A program made the position numbers and the translations under genes. The notes below the pieces were generated by a model, which was given only the letters and a program-made list of their open reading frames with translations, searched no databases and was not told the origin of the DNA. From Hydrolagus affinis (Eukaryota), in assembly GCA_012026655.1 (NCBI GenBank), contig JAAILG010000133.1, positions 62,001 through 126,000 on the forward strand: a stretch of DNA of 64,000 nucleotides, written 5' to 3'. Positions 1 through 13,890 of the stretch are shown here, piece by piece; the first letter of the stretch is position 1, and each line of letters starts with the position of its first letter.

Positions 1-1089
1 ACTTATTCCTGGATACACACTGTCATCTTGTGGTACAAGGGCAGAACAGCATGTCGATGGAGGTCTAAAACATGAACTATTTCTTCCCATTGGAATTTCG
101 CAGGAATACCAGTACCCTAGGGATTGTACCAGAGTGCAAATATTAATTGCAGTTTTTATTAGTTTTTATAATTCCTTTTGATGGAATCTGTGTTACAAGA
201 AATTGGTGTTGGAGATCCCATTTGGTAGTCATTTGGGTTGTGTTGAATTCACCTTGACTGCTAAGAAAGTCATTTCACCTGAACCAAACGGCCGGTCTCA
301 TTATAATTAATAACAGCCTGTGTGTGTGGAACACAGGGGCTATTACTGTTTCCCAGCGCTTGCTGTAGAGCATATATTGTCTGTAAATATTCACTGATTG
401 AGTGTCTGACACATGTGGAAACTCATCACTGTGTGTAAGATCACAAACCAAACCACTGGGAGTTCCACATTCGTAAGGAAGCTTCTGATAGTCTTAACTG
501 ACCCTTGTATCTCCCATTCAGATATTCCAATTGATCTGCCTGTCCAGCCTTTGTGTGCTGACATCCTCCCGATGTGAAAGGCTCTCTACAATTGTAATTT
601 TGTTGTTGTTCTGTGGTATCATCACCCTCTGTGTAAGCTTCTCTGGCGTCAGCATTCCATCCTCCCAGCCCTCACTCAGCCTTTATTTGCGATAGGTATT
701 GAAGTAATTGGCATCACGCAGCCATAAAATACAGATTGAATCTCCCAGTGAACTGTTTTGAGGATTATGTGTATCGATCACTTGTCTCTGGAGATGCACC
801 AATTCCAATAATACGATGGAACATCTTTAATGAGAGTTCAATGGTTCTATTTAAAAGCAGATTACTGGAGACAGACAGAGCAATGCAGACAGGCACTAAT
901 GTAGCAGAATCCCCAAAGAGCCCACAGTTAAACCTGCAGATAAATTGCAGGGCCCTATGTTCCACATGCAGGTGATAACCTGGAATCAGTGTCTTTGATT
1001 TGTTCACAATGGATACTCACCTCTCAGATGCACTGTTGAATTCTTGCTGTTCACCCACAAATATACAGTCAATTGTCCTACTCTTCTTC

Positions 1090-1205
1090 ATCCTGCCCCG
1101 ACCTCTTCCCCCTGCTCTTGTTCCTACCTGACTGTACAGCGCCTTGGGACGTCCTCTCGACGTGAAAGGCGCTATATAAATGTAAGTTTTGTTTGATTGA
1201 TTGCT
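1090..1205 (+). mobile_element. L2 LINE 3' end (type A tail), preceded by a short SINE fragment at about 1050-1075
   Basis: C-rich 3' UTR then CAGCGCCTTGGGACGTCCTCTCGACGTGAAAGGCGCTATATAAATGTAA plus T/G tail; same end as the L2 at 56110-56855. Confidence 0.8.
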
Positions 1206-2289
1206 GTTATTTTGGGATTGTGTGGTTAAGTTGAGGTGCCACCTGCCATGTGATTGAGAGGGGCGTAAAGGGACCTCCCGTTATACTGTAAGTGTTATTA
1301 TTTCTGAGTGAAGAAGATGTGTGTATGTAGGCAGTTGTCCTATAATGGGGCTGTGTTGGCTTCCACTGTACATACAATAACTGAGTGGACAAGGAGCTCG
1401 ATCTCTCAAATAAAGTACGCTCCTTTAAATCAAGTAAATAAAGTGAAAATAGGAATTCCTCAGAGCAATATAAATTGTAGTTCACACAGCCAGCAACCAG
1501 TTTCAGATTAGAACCAGCCGGGGATTTGGGCAGCGATATCTGTCAAATAGAATTAATTGTAATTGTACTAATTTTCCTGTAATGGATTAATTATAATAGC
1601 ACTGGGGAGTCACAGGAAGCCCTCCATCCTGTGAGACATCGCTGACCAATCTCTCTGCCCCCACAGTCACTCGTGTTACTGTTACCACATGTTTATTAGG
1701 GAGGAAAAACATCCCTTCATTCTATAATAACACAAGAAGAAAACACCGACACTCGGTGTAAAAAGGAATCCCTAAAATCCTGTACGTTGATGTGGACAAG
1801 AAGTTGTCTAGTCCGGTCTGCTCTCCCCACCCAAGCATATTTGTAGATCACCCTCAGGCTGTGTGAGGATCATCATTCCAGCTGGTATAGGGGGACAGAG
1901 AGAGATAGGCAGAAAATATCATTTAGTGTTGAGAAGACGGGATTGGTGTAAAAATAGCAAAAAAAACATAATGAAAGTTATATCTGTTAAATCAAGCGCA
2001 GCAGAAAAAGAGCTGGGTATAATTGTTGAGCAAATATTGAAAGTATAATTTAATTCAACGTTAGCAATTACTAAGCCACATGGAAAATCAGGGTGTAAAT
2101 AGATCCTCCCAGTAGATATCCACTGGCCTGCCGTCTTGGGAAGGTCTGATTCTGTCTTTGAGACATTGATTCTCACAGGAAGGCGCTGTAGAGTACAAAT
2201 TCTCATTGATTCTTGTTTGCTGTCAAATTTCGGGCAGGAATGTGGTAGCCAGATAGCCCAGTGTGACCACAGGCACAATCGAAGAGGAT

Positions 2290-2535
2290 GGTTCTTCAAG
2301 TGGGACCTGAAAATGGGGGGAGGAGTGGGGGCGGGTCAAGGCGAATGGGTTGACAGACAGATTTCTATAGCTTCGAGCATAATGGCTGAAAGTATGGCCG
2401 CCGATGCTGGGGCAGATGGTCCCAGTGACCAGGAGGAGGCTGGAGCCAGTTGAGCGGAGACAGAGGGTAATAGTACAGGGAGAGAACAGGTTGGAGAAAT
2501 AGAGGGTTAACACGGGTGTGAAGGGATTTAAATAC
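2290..2535 (-). mobile_element. Degraded L2 ORF2 C-terminal fragment
   Basis: Minus frame LRSTGSSLLLVTGTICPSIGGHTFSHYA resembles LRSAGSSLLHVSRPTCPTIGGRAFSLSA of the L2 at 56.5 kb. Confidence 0.7.
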
Positions 2536-4338
2536 AAGAGTCAGGATCTGGATATCAATCTGCTCTGTGACAAAATAAAAGTGTGTTTAGCTGATTTCCA
2601 CTCGCCCATTCCCTCACAATTCCAGTCAAATCCTTTACTTCGGAAGAGCTTCTGAATGCTTGATTCTGTTTTTCCCAGCTGCCACCAAACAGAGAAAAAT
2701 GTCCATTAGATTGGCGAGAGGGCAGCTCCTAAAGTAATTGTGTCAATAAAACCAAAGGTTTGAAGTGAAACTCAGCCTTTATACTAATACAGTAGTAAGA
2801 ATCCAAGCTGTATTTGAGTTCAGTGGGAAAAACCCAGGAAAGTACCATACTGCTACCTTGTGGTAACACGGCTCCATTGCAAGGTTTCTGAGCTCCAGAA
2901 GAATGTTGGCTCATTGCAGTCCACACTCCTCTCAACTGATACAGCAGATTTAATGTCCAGAGCTCTCACAGATGCCTCCTCCACTCTATACTGTCAGCCC
3001 CTGTCCAGCCAGGACTTCCTGCATGATATCAATGCTTTGAGGTCCTGTTTTTACACCAAGATATTTTACTACATTTATTTTATCAGTTTCCTTTATGATT
3101 TAGAAACACAGTGTTATTTTCTTCCTTGATTATTTTCCACTCTCTCAGTTATAAAGCTCAGCCTACTTCATGTTCCTGGACTTTCTGCACCAATCTGTGT
3201 TGTTGAGTGTCTATAAAGTATCGTTCATATGAGGCCTTTGCTACCTCTCTGACTGTTTTCTATGGTCCTTGCCTCTTCCTGAAGTCCAGGAATTAACTGG
3301 ACCCATGGCTTTTCGAATGTACAAGCGTTATACAAATGTGATTTGTTATTGTATGCATTGTAATAACAGCTTGCATTTTGAAATGGTTCCTTCACACGGT
3401 ATAGTGTCTCAGAGCACCCAACAATGGCAGGTGACTGTAATCACGGAGAAAGGTATTGTATAACAATATACATATCTCAATGTTATATGGTATCTGGCAG
3501 TCATCTCCCTGGGACATAAATAGATTTCTCTGAGTACTGTAATACTCTTTGTTTCAGAATTCCACCTTTGCCCCACCAGGTTAGACCCTGGAGTTAGATC
3601 CCCTCAGTAAAGGTCAGTAGTAGATAGTTTGAGCAGTACCCAGGACTAGCGCTGTGCGGCTTCATGGATTACAGAATTGCAATTACCATTAACACTTCTC
3701 TAATATTATCTCTCTAATTCATTACCCCATTTATAACTTCCACTTTGATCCCATAAGCTTTCATTTCAGGCCTGAGTTTGGGAACCTTATCAAGTGTGTT
3801 GTAAATGTGAGCGATGTAATACCAGAGGGACCTGCTTCTGTGTGCTCAATGGCTTTTCCTCATCCATGACCTTCCTTATGTTCTTATCTAATCTTCTACA
3901 AACTCTCTTCTATCCTCAGTGAATTTGGAGGAATTAGCAATGCCTGACCTGCCTTTGATAAGCACCTGCTGGCTTTAGGTTTATTGCATTTCTCTCCTGA
4001 GATGCTCTTGAGTTGCTATCTTTACAAGAGACCAACACTTTCCAATTAGCTGTTGACTTAATAGACTTGATTCCGCCAAATTTCAGAAGCTCATCATAGA
4101 GCATTATCACCCGATGCCATTGCCAGCTCTAGAATGGAGTGCTGCAGACTCACTTTACTCTGTAAAAACACATCATCTTCTTCCCCATCAGCATCTATTT
4201 CATTGGTTCACTGAGGATAGACATTATTCATTCCAAAGTGGCAGTCAGTTAATGAAATAGACCACATTGGATTGATCAGACCTTCAGTTATCAGTGATAT
4301 GCTTTTGCATTTTCCTGATTGTCCAGGTAGGGCAGAAG

Positions 4339-4476
4339 GGACGCTGCTGTGCGCACTTGGCTGTCACATTTCACCCACAAGATATACAGTCAGTTCACTT
4401 TACAGTACATTCTGTGAAGCGCTTTGAGATGACTAGAAGACGTTAAAAGCGCTATATCAAATGCAAGGATTATTAT
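4339..4476 (+). mobile_element. tRNA-derived Deu-type SINE, 3' half
   Basis: GCTGTGCGCACTTGGCTG...CACTTTACAGT...GAAGCGCTTTGAGA...AAAGCGCTATATCAAATGCAAGGATTATTAT. Confidence 0.85.
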
Positions 4477-4585
4477 GTTTGTATCTTCTGGTATGTGTGT
4501 GTCTGTGGACATCAGACTTAACTGTTATTCTCTCCCACGGTTGAAGAGGCTATTAACACTCAATATCAAAGCTCACATGCGCAAA

Positions 4586-4700
4586 TTATAATAATAATAA
4601 TCCTTGCATTTGATATAGTGTCTTTTCACATCTTCGAGACATTTCAATGCGCATTACAGAATATACTGGAAAGTGAATTAACTGTATTTTGTGGAGCAAA
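4586..4700 (-). mobile_element. Same SINE family, 3' fragment, tail-to-tail with 4339-4476
   Basis: (ATA)n ATCCTTGCATTTGATATAG... is the reverse complement of the SINE tail. Confidence 0.85.
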
Positions 4701-7700
4701 ACTGTCCATTGACTGAAGTACCAAAGGACACGTGTGGGACCAGATTTCTGTAGAAGGGAAAAGGGAATCAAATCATCAGGAGATGAGGCAAAACATAATT
4801 TACTTCATTCGGGAGCAGTAAACAGCTAAAGGCAAAATTTCTGTCTAATAGTCTCCTGCAACAATAAAACCATTTCAGTGGAACGTGACAGAAGTGTTTG
4901 GTGGAATGTTAACGCCTGATACCTCAATGTGATTTCAACACAGCTTCCAAACTCTTTCCTGGGGCTGCCTGCTGGGACCTATTAGGGATGTATGTTGCTC
5001 AGGCCCTGCCAGCTCACCAAATACCTACAAAACAATTCTGTTATACAACACTAATTTTTGCTCTGAATCAGATGGACAAAGAACCAGCTAGAAATAGGTG
5101 AAAAAAAGCACATCATAGTACATTTGTTTGAACATAAAGATGAGCTGTTCTGAGTTGCCAGTGGTTTTAATGAAGTGTCACAGAGCTGTACCTTGGTGAT
5201 TCACCAGGGATTCCTAGAAGAGGGAGATACAATTAACATTGGTGTCACAAAGCCTTTCTACTTATGACATCAACAGGGAATTTCAATCCTACTACTGCAG
5301 AGCTTACACTGTATTTACAGTAACAGGGATCAAGGAATTAAAGCTAGCCTCATGACCAGTGATTAACATGTGCAGGTTTCTAAACTTCCACACAGGGACT
5401 GAGTGGTGAGCAGGAGAATAAGTGATCCGAATGGATTAACTTTCAATAACAGAATATAGCCAACAGTCTGCGGTTTCCTTCCTTGACACGCTGGAGGCCG
5501 CAAGAGTTTTTCATTGTTCTGCACCACTTAAATTAAAAAATTTCAGACTGAGTCTAGATTAGAATTTGATGTTCGAAATATTAGCCAAATCTTCAACTTC
5601 TTTTTTTCTCTGTGATTTGTTTTGTCCTTTTGTTGTCAGTGTGGACGTCAGGCTTAGCCCATGCGTTGAAAGCTACACTATACTCGAATGTGACAATAGC
5701 CGTTCGCTGTAATCCTCCAGAGAGAGACAACACCCACACTCACATACACCCGCACTCAATCTGACTGAGACCATCAAATGTTTTTGCCATTGAAGATTTA
5801 CAAGCTGACAACCCTGCAAACTGATTGAGACCCCAATGGAGTAAAGGGTAAAGATTTAAGGCTTGTCTCACTTTGATTGTATCAGTTCAGGAGAAAGCAT
5901 TAGCAAAACACATACATTTCTTGGGAAAATAATGTAATTGACCCTTTCACATCATATCTGATGTACGTCTTGGTGTAGAGAAGGAGACTTGTAAAACTTA
6001 AGTCTATTGGATTAAATAAAACATTTGGTGATTTGACTTAAGGCATGATATTAGAATAGCTTGTCTGCAGCCCACAGCCCAGTTTAACAGACTTTCCACT
6101 ATATATAGTCTAACTTCTTGGGAATGACAACTATTCCTTGTAAAAACTGAAGCATCACTCAAGCTATGTGTAGTTTACTGTCAGGTCTGAGAAGGAATGA
6201 GTTTGCCGGATACTCACTTCACGTGCAATTAAAGCAATGTACAAATAAATGACTGAGATGAAGATGAAATATCTTTTAAAGAAAAATAACTTTGGAAGAC
6301 TCAGCCACAGAAAAATGCAACCCATTGAACTCATAGAAATGTTGAACCAATTCCTTTTAACAATGTTGTAGTTTCTTGCTTAATCTAAGTTTAGAGTTAC
6401 TGCCTGGCTGACAAAATAGGCAAAGATCTAAATTGATATGCGCTGCATTTCCATGTTAAGAATTTTTTTATCAATAACTGATCTGAGCAGATTAGAGACT
6501 CCAGCCAATGTGGAGTCATTCCCTATACCAAAGGAGGGCAGCAAGGCACATAGTGTAAGGTCTATCCCTGTCACCTGCCTCATCGTCTTGGTTTTACAAT
6601 CATTTGGTATTTTGTCCAAGTGGCTGTTCATCACGAAAGACCTGAGTTGATGAGTGTCATTCAAGGACCAACATTGCTGGGAGATGTTTTTATATGTATT
6701 TTCTGACATGGTCACTGGCTAAACACTGGGAATCAGAGCTATAGAAATTCATAGCACAGAGAGAAGGGCTATTTGACCTGAGTGATTCAGCAATCCATTT
6801 AGTCCCAGCCTTCAGACCTTTAAACAATACTTTAATTTGGGAGAAATTACACCAGGATCCAGGTTCATTTAATTTATGTAGCATTTCAGAATGTCTAGAA
6901 TTGAGCAAATTCTTAAGCACAGACTGAATTCTCAAACAGTTTTATTCTGCAAGTTTATTTTAGGAGCTACAGAAAAAATGGCTTCACAGTTGAGACTGAA
7001 TTCAATAATTTAGCAAAATTCCAGACCTTGTGAAGCAAATCTAGATCCAAATGGCATTTCTTCCTATATATTTTTCCCTTTTAGATACTTATCCAATTTC
7101 CCTTTGAAAGCTAATGTGGATTATGCCTTGACCATGGCTCCAGGCAGGGCATCCCAGCCACAAACAAACTGACTTAGTTTCCTTTTCCATTTAGTTTGGA
7201 AATGCTGCTGCCCATTCCAACCCCTCACTGGAGCTCAGCCACCAAACTCAACATGGCCATCGTTGAGGTGTGTGGAGGCCATGGCTGTCCGGCATCGAGG
7301 GCGCTACATAAATCGAAGTTGTTGTTGTTGTTGGCCTGGCTTGTGTTGATATTGATTTGGAGAAAGATAAGTTAATACCTTTAGCATAACATCCCTGGTA
7401 TATCTGAGGACGTCTGAAAACTCTAACCAGATGGGCAGTTACATCGCTTCAAAAAGAAGTGCAATAAATAAATATCCAGGCCAACAAATGATGGGGGAGA
7501 AATCATGTGAAGGATGAACACTCTTACAATACCTTGAACACAGCAGCAAATAAACACAGGATTTATTATTTGATATTGGAATCAATCACCCAATGTTAAT
7601 TTCCCACAGGGAGCTGGGTATAAGATTTCAAAGGACTGATAGCTTTGCTGCCTCGTTAACTTTGCATTTGGATTTATCTTTTGAATTGATGCCATATTTC

Positions 7701-8051
7701 ACTCGGCTGTACTCTGAGAGGTGATTTGATGCTCTGCTATTCACATAACAAATATAAGTGGTCGTGACACTGGCCCCATTATTCTGTGTTGTTGAAGCCT
7801 CCTGCAGACTAATGGCTCAGGTCTGATATTTTAAAAGACATTTACAGTTTCTATGGCAACAGAATGCTGATAACATCCTTCATATACTCTGGGGATTGAG
7901 GGACACAGCTGTGGTTTAGCAGAGTAATGGGAAGTTTAAAGAAGCTGTACTGGTGACAAGCTCAGGATGGAAGAATGATTTGATTTGTCTTTTTGATCTG
8001 GTGTGTACCGCGTTGTGCAGAGCAGGGATTTGTGCAGAGAGGCGGCAGTCA

Positions 8052-8079
8052 GTGTGTGTGTGTGTGTGTGTGTGTGTGC
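8052..8079. repeat. (GT)n microsatellite
   Basis: Direct reading. Confidence 0.95.
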
Positions 8080-10769
8080 GTCTGTGAAACCTGAGGGTAA
8101 CTGTTACTCCCATCCACTGCTGAGCAGTTAAAGGGGAAATCGGGGAGAACGTGAAATGAAGATCAGCAGCCATACATCAGTAAACGTTGGTGAGGTGGTT
8201 TGGGGCCCAAATTTGCAGCAATTCCCATTGTAATGAGATTCTTTAATAATTGAGTCCAGGAACCAGATGCAGATCTTGCAGCAGCACATGAGAGATCGAT
8301 TCCTTCCCAGTTAAGTTCCCAAGGTTGTAGTTTAGACCCCACTATGTTATTGCTTTACCTGTAAAAGGCTTCCATGTCTGACTACCTAACATTAGCTTTT
8401 TGGGCATTTAGTGACTGCATTGCAGACTTCAACTAGAAATGTTTGTTTCACTGTGAGCAAACGGGATTCAAATTGAGAACTGTCCTGTCAATCTCTGAGC
8501 TTGCATTCTGACCTTAAGCAACAACAAAATTACATTTGTACAGTACAGCGCTTTCACATCAGGAGGATGTCCCAAGGGGCTGGACAGACAGTAAACTTAC
8601 TGGAGATAATGGTAAACTCCACTAAACATATTAATTGCCAAGAACAGTGCAAATGTACTGGCTGTGCTTTGAGATGGAGCTGAGTGAGGTAATAATGTTA
8701 GCTAGATCTGGATGTTTGGGGTTGTAACAAGTCTAATAACTCCTGTATAATCTGACAACATCCTAATTGGTACATTGTGTTAGAACTATATGTTTTTCCA
8801 ATAGCTTCAACAAATTGCCTGCCATGCAGAATAATATGGGAGGAATACATGAATTTAAACCAGATGATTCAGCTGCAATCAGAAGCTGCTGTCAGACATC
8901 ACAAGGGGATTAGGTAAAGCCACATGATGGGGCGCGGCGGAGGAGGAGTCCTAAGTCAAACCTATTAGTAGGTGCGTAGGTCTCAGAGGTGAGATGTCCT
9001 AACCCACTACTCCACACAGGCACCTTCACAACAACAACAGAATTATATTTCCAAAGCATCTTTCACATCGGGAGGACGTCCCACAACTGTGTAGAACGGG
9101 AACACTGGTGAAATGGTAAAGCCTGTTATCAGCTTCCACTCTGATGTCAGCTGTGAAGACTGTGGAAACCACTGAATGGTACCAGGAGCTCTCACTTTGT
9201 TTCTATCGCCTTTTCTAAGCCGTCCTGTCTCTTCAAGACTCCTGCTATATGGGATAGCGAGTGGAAGCACGGAATCACACTTTGGGTGGAGAATGAGGGA
9301 CGGGAAAATGTATTTGCCAATTGTTTCCTTTAAGCAATCACAGGACTACAGCAAAAACCCAGACAGTCAAAGCACGATTACACCTTAAAAGTGCAAATAA
9401 TTGTGCAAGTTCACCATATGCCCGGCTCAGTTGCCATTCACTCTGATATGATTTAATATTAACTGAGATCGAGATGCTCAGTGATGCTAATGGCAGATTT
9501 CAGTGATGTGAGCCAAGGCGGCCTTTCCAATTCATAAAATATTCGTTACCATCACTGCATTCAGCACAAAGGTCGTGGAAATCACCTCAACCAGTGACTG
9601 AAACTCATTATCTTCCAATTACTTCTCATTTGCAATCCTGCAATTCAGTTTATGAGGCGGAGAGAGTGTTAACCTGTGGACAAATAACCACCACTTTATA
9701 TGAAAAAGAAACTAACAGCCAATCATTTCAGTAGACCTCAATTTGGGTATCAATTTTTCTTTGAAATAAATTGCTGCTGCGGCTATTATTTTACAACAGA
9801 AAATCATCCAAGTTTCCTCTCTAATTAAAAAGACCTTTTATAATATAAAATACTGCTTCCTTTTACTGAAGTATTTGTCTTCTTCCGGGACCAACCTCTA
9901 ACCCTCTCTGCCCACATCGATGCTTTCAAAGTGTCTTCAGAGAGTTACTAAGCTCAACATAATAAATCCCGGTTATAAATGACTTACTGGGTTTGCACTA
10001 ACAATCCACCATGGGGGGATAGCATCTTGATGGTACCATAAATCATAAGCAGCCCATCTGCCTAACCTATGACTGTTTTCTAGCCCAACTCTAGTAAACC
10101 AGTTACTCCATTTATGAAATTGTAAAAGAAACAATTTCTACTGCTTGAACGTGGAATTACTTTATACTCCAGCTGCGGTCAGATGTTTACTCTATTGATC
10201 TTTTAAGAACAACTCTGCTATATATATATATTGACAAATTTAAATTCAGGCATCGAGATATCGGTCACGTAAGACTTTTAATGCAGCCATAATTACTTAT
10301 TGGCTGTGTATTGACGCAGCGACCGCTGAATATAATTTAGATCATCAGGAGGAGCGCCTGAATTTGTCTTCTGTGAAGGGGCATTGCATTCTCAAAGTCA
10401 GACATTAAAAAAATGTGGTCTGTTGAATTGCCATGTGAAGGGTAGAAATGGGAATCTGTTTATGCACATTGGTGTCTCTGTGTTACCCTCATTCCCACAT
10501 TGTATGCTTCACAACAGCTGGTTCAAAGCTTGGACCAGATCTTGTGTTCTGAACTTGCCAATGTAACGTCTATCTTTGGCATATTCCCCTTTTATTCACT
10601 GTAGTCTTGAGCTGAAGGACAGCGCCAAATGTCAGTACCACTGCCAACAGCCGCCTAGCTTTGGTTATGTGGCATCAATCCTACCCTCAGTGGACAGCCA
10701 CACACAGGAGCTTACCATGCACATCACAGCGTTGAGCTGTGCTTTTTAAATGAATTGTTTTTTAAATGA

Positions 10770-11000
10770 GCAACCACCCTTCCTGGCAAATTGTTCCAGT
10801 TGTTAATTTCTTAATTACTCTCTAGCTGAAGAATCTTTTGTGATCCTGTGAGTTGTCCACTTCCAGGATTGAGTTGTTTTGACAGGCTGATTGTACCTCT
10901 ACTCATTGGTCGGGGTGAAAATATATAGTTTAGAAATAGTTTCGTCAAACCACTCAGGGATTGAAGTATCAATGAGAAGGGTTCTCAAACTGCTGTCTCA
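10770..11000 (-). mobile_element. Old CR1 LINE ORF2 C-terminal fragment
   Basis: Minus strand TGGAACAATTTGCCAGGAAGGGTGGTT = WNNLPGRVV, the CR1 WNxLPxxVV motif; similar remnants at about 7080-7160 and 47650-47900. Confidence 0.6.
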
Positions 11001-12414
11001 AAGCGAAGCTATCCTTTCTGCTGCTGAACCATATAAAATGCCGGTTTCCATTGTCATTGTGAGTGTTTGCTGGATATTATGCTGTGGTAATGGCTGGGAT
11101 CTAGGGTAGAGGTGAAGTAGGCCAAGAATACTTAGAGCAGAGAAAACAAATAGAGGAAATATGTTGCATATTTGCTTTAACGACATAAGTGGTAATTGAA
11201 TATAGATGTGCAAGTATAAAAGGATTCTGGGAAGAGTGACTTGCAGATTTGAGAGAGAGTGTGAAAGAGGTTTATTTAAAAGAGAGTGTCTTGTAAAGTT
11301 TGAACTGAAGGACTGAGTGAATCTACGTAGTGTTTTGTGGATTCAATAACATCACTAAATATTTGGAGAAACAGATTCAGTGGCTGCAAACACTCACATT
11401 TTGGGGAATTATTGAGACTGCCAGAATAGGAACTCTGTAATGGTACTAATACCACTTTAGCTTCTTTAATCTCATTGTTTATTCACTCAGAAAATTTAAG
11501 CTACAATTCTGAGACGAAGCTGAATAGCAGGTACTACTTTGCTACACCGCGCCCCCTCCCCTTCCCCTGTCTGGATGTAGTTTTTTTATATAACCTTTAG
11601 AGTGTCTAAAATTTGGCAAATTATTGAATTCAGTCTAAGCTTTAAAGCCAGCCATCTGTAGTTCATTAACTAACTTACAGAAAGCTGGCTTCAAAATGAA
11701 GTTTGTGTTTAAGAATTTGCCAAATTCTAGATGTTCTGAGATGCTACATAAATAAAGTAAACCCGGGTGGAATTCCCCCACAAAAGTATTTAATGATCAA
11801 TCCGTAGAATTGTCCCTCGGTGGTGAACATTAATAAATGGCTAATTTTCAGAGGATGAGGAGGAAACCAGAGACAGGTCACTGTGGAGGAGTTAGTTGAG
11901 ATAACACGGGTCCTCGCGTTGGAAATCTTAGTCCTGGTGTGTTCAATAAGTGTGCAGACACACTGGTCACCAAACCTCATTAAAACACTCCGAGATTCAA
12001 CCACATGAAGGCTTGAAGTATTTAATGCAGTCGGCACTGCTCCAGTATTTCCCAGCTGTTCTTGCTTGTGTGTGCTTGTATGATCTGAATAATTTATCAG
12101 CAATATTAACTGCAGTGGGTTAACATGCAGACAGTTATGTTGGCTGCACATATGCCTCACATTCAGCCAAAATACGGCCATATGCTTCTCAGCCCATTAC
12201 CACTTCTCCTTCCCAAACAGCGATGCCGACTCTTTCTCAGGATGAAAACCAATGTAACCCTTATCTGCTTGCAGTAGTGGGGTGTGTAACATTATCCTCA
12301 CTTACTTTTCTTCCTGCTCCAAATTTACTCCCAAATTCAATGAATCAGCTGCTCACCTCATTGCTGTTTACAGAACATTGCTGGTACAGATTAGCTTCTG
12401 TATCTGGTTCGCAT

Positions 12415-12482
12415 TCAGCGCCTTGGGACGTCCTCCCGACGTGAAAGGCGCTCTATAAATGTCATTTTGTTGTTGTTGTTGT
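12415..12482 (+). mobile_element. Heavily 5'-truncated L2 3' tail (type A)
   Basis: TCAGCGCCTTGGGACGTCCTCCCGACGTGAAAGGCGCTCTATAAATG...(GTT)n; further short copies at about 562-610(+), 8518-8585(-), 9028-9085(-), 20578-20645(+), 38400-38448(+), 47290-47345(+). Confidence 0.85.
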
Positions 12483-13751
12483 CTCAGTAATAACACTCAT
12501 TGCATTTCAAAGTGGTTTGATTTTGCATCGTGATTCAAGACATTTTATTTTAGGGGAACAGTGCTGTATGAATGCACAAAGTTGTTGTTGGACCCCAGAC
12601 AGTCTGTGAAGAGCAAGTGTCTGGATTGGTCAGTCTCCGTTCCTGGCCTGGCCTTGTCTTCATTCTGGTGGCCAGCTGCAGATCAGCACCACTGGCTGCT
12701 GATCAAGCACTTGGAAGAGACATAATAACTCCTTGGGATCTATCAAGTGGGTTGATGAGAGACAAAAACATACCTTATTCAAAATGTCATGTCAAAATGG
12801 GAACATTAGAATAGAATCGCAAAGCAACATTATTAATATCAGGTTTACAGTTTTCCAGTTTAATTGTAAGACCCATGAGAGAGGACAACTTTCACATCAG
12901 ATAATAGGACATCAGTAAGCCCCATAATAGAGTCACAGCAAGTCATTGCATAGGGGACAGCAAGCCATATGGTTGGTTGTTAAATATGAATTATAATAGT
13001 AATAATAATCCTCGCATTTGGTACTCTTGTGGAAAACACACTTGACATTGTCAATGAGGAACTGGTCCAGTGAGACTTTAACAGTCTAATAAGTAATTGG
13101 TCTAAGTAGTTAACCAGCCAAACTATTTATCTCATTCCTGTTCCAATCTAATTTGCCTGTTGAGATTGAGCACAGCGACTGCAATTGGTCAAGTCAGCGC
13201 CTGGATTATTTATTTCAGTCAGGTCACCATTTCATTTGTTTCTGGATTTTCTTCTATTTAATAGAAGTCCAACATGGAACTAATTTCATTTTATGGGGTA
13301 GTAAGTGATTAAATTGATAATTCCATCACGTGGCCACAATATTCTGCAATTCTTCCAAAATTAATCCAATTAAACTGCCAGACCTGTGACTGGCTGCTGC
13401 CCTAGGACTGACATTGGGATTGTGTGTGGACTACATGATACTCCAATAAAACTATTATTTTCTGTACTTACCCAGCCTGAGACCTGTAAGCGTGGCACAA
13501 ATGTGTTGCATTAGTTAACTGTAAAATTGTTTTGTGATTCTCAGCTCATTTATGCAAAGAGTTAGTATCTCATGTATCTCAGGCTAGTAATGCTAAAAGT
13601 ACTGAGTTTAAACTAAATATTGAAAGCAATTCAGAGAATCAATGGCGATTTCCATCCTCTCAGCACTGACATATACTGGTGGAGGACTGCGCTCTGCTGG
13701 TCACACATACACACAACAATGTGGAATCCTGTGTGAACAAGACAATGGGCA

Positions 13752-13890
13752 ATAACAACAACAACAAAATGATATTTATAGAGAGCCTTTCATGTCGGGA
13801 GGGCGTCCCAAGGCGCTGAACAATCAGGTCAGGACCCGAACGGGGCAGTGGGGGGGGAAGGGTCAGAGTAGGAAGAAGGAGACTAGGAGA
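13752..13890 (-). mobile_element. L2 3' end (type A)
   Basis: (AAC)n...GGGCGTCCCAAGGCGCTGAACAATCAGGTCAGGACCCG plus G-rich UTR. Confidence 0.8.

Noticed and set aside
6490-6600. ANVESFPIPKEGSK..RSIPVTC, similar to a CR1 RT N-terminal motif
   Set aside because: Too degraded to call with confidence; at most an ancient LINE relic
11744-12181. 145-aa minus-strand ORF
   Set aside because: No domain or motif recognised; consistent with a chance ORF
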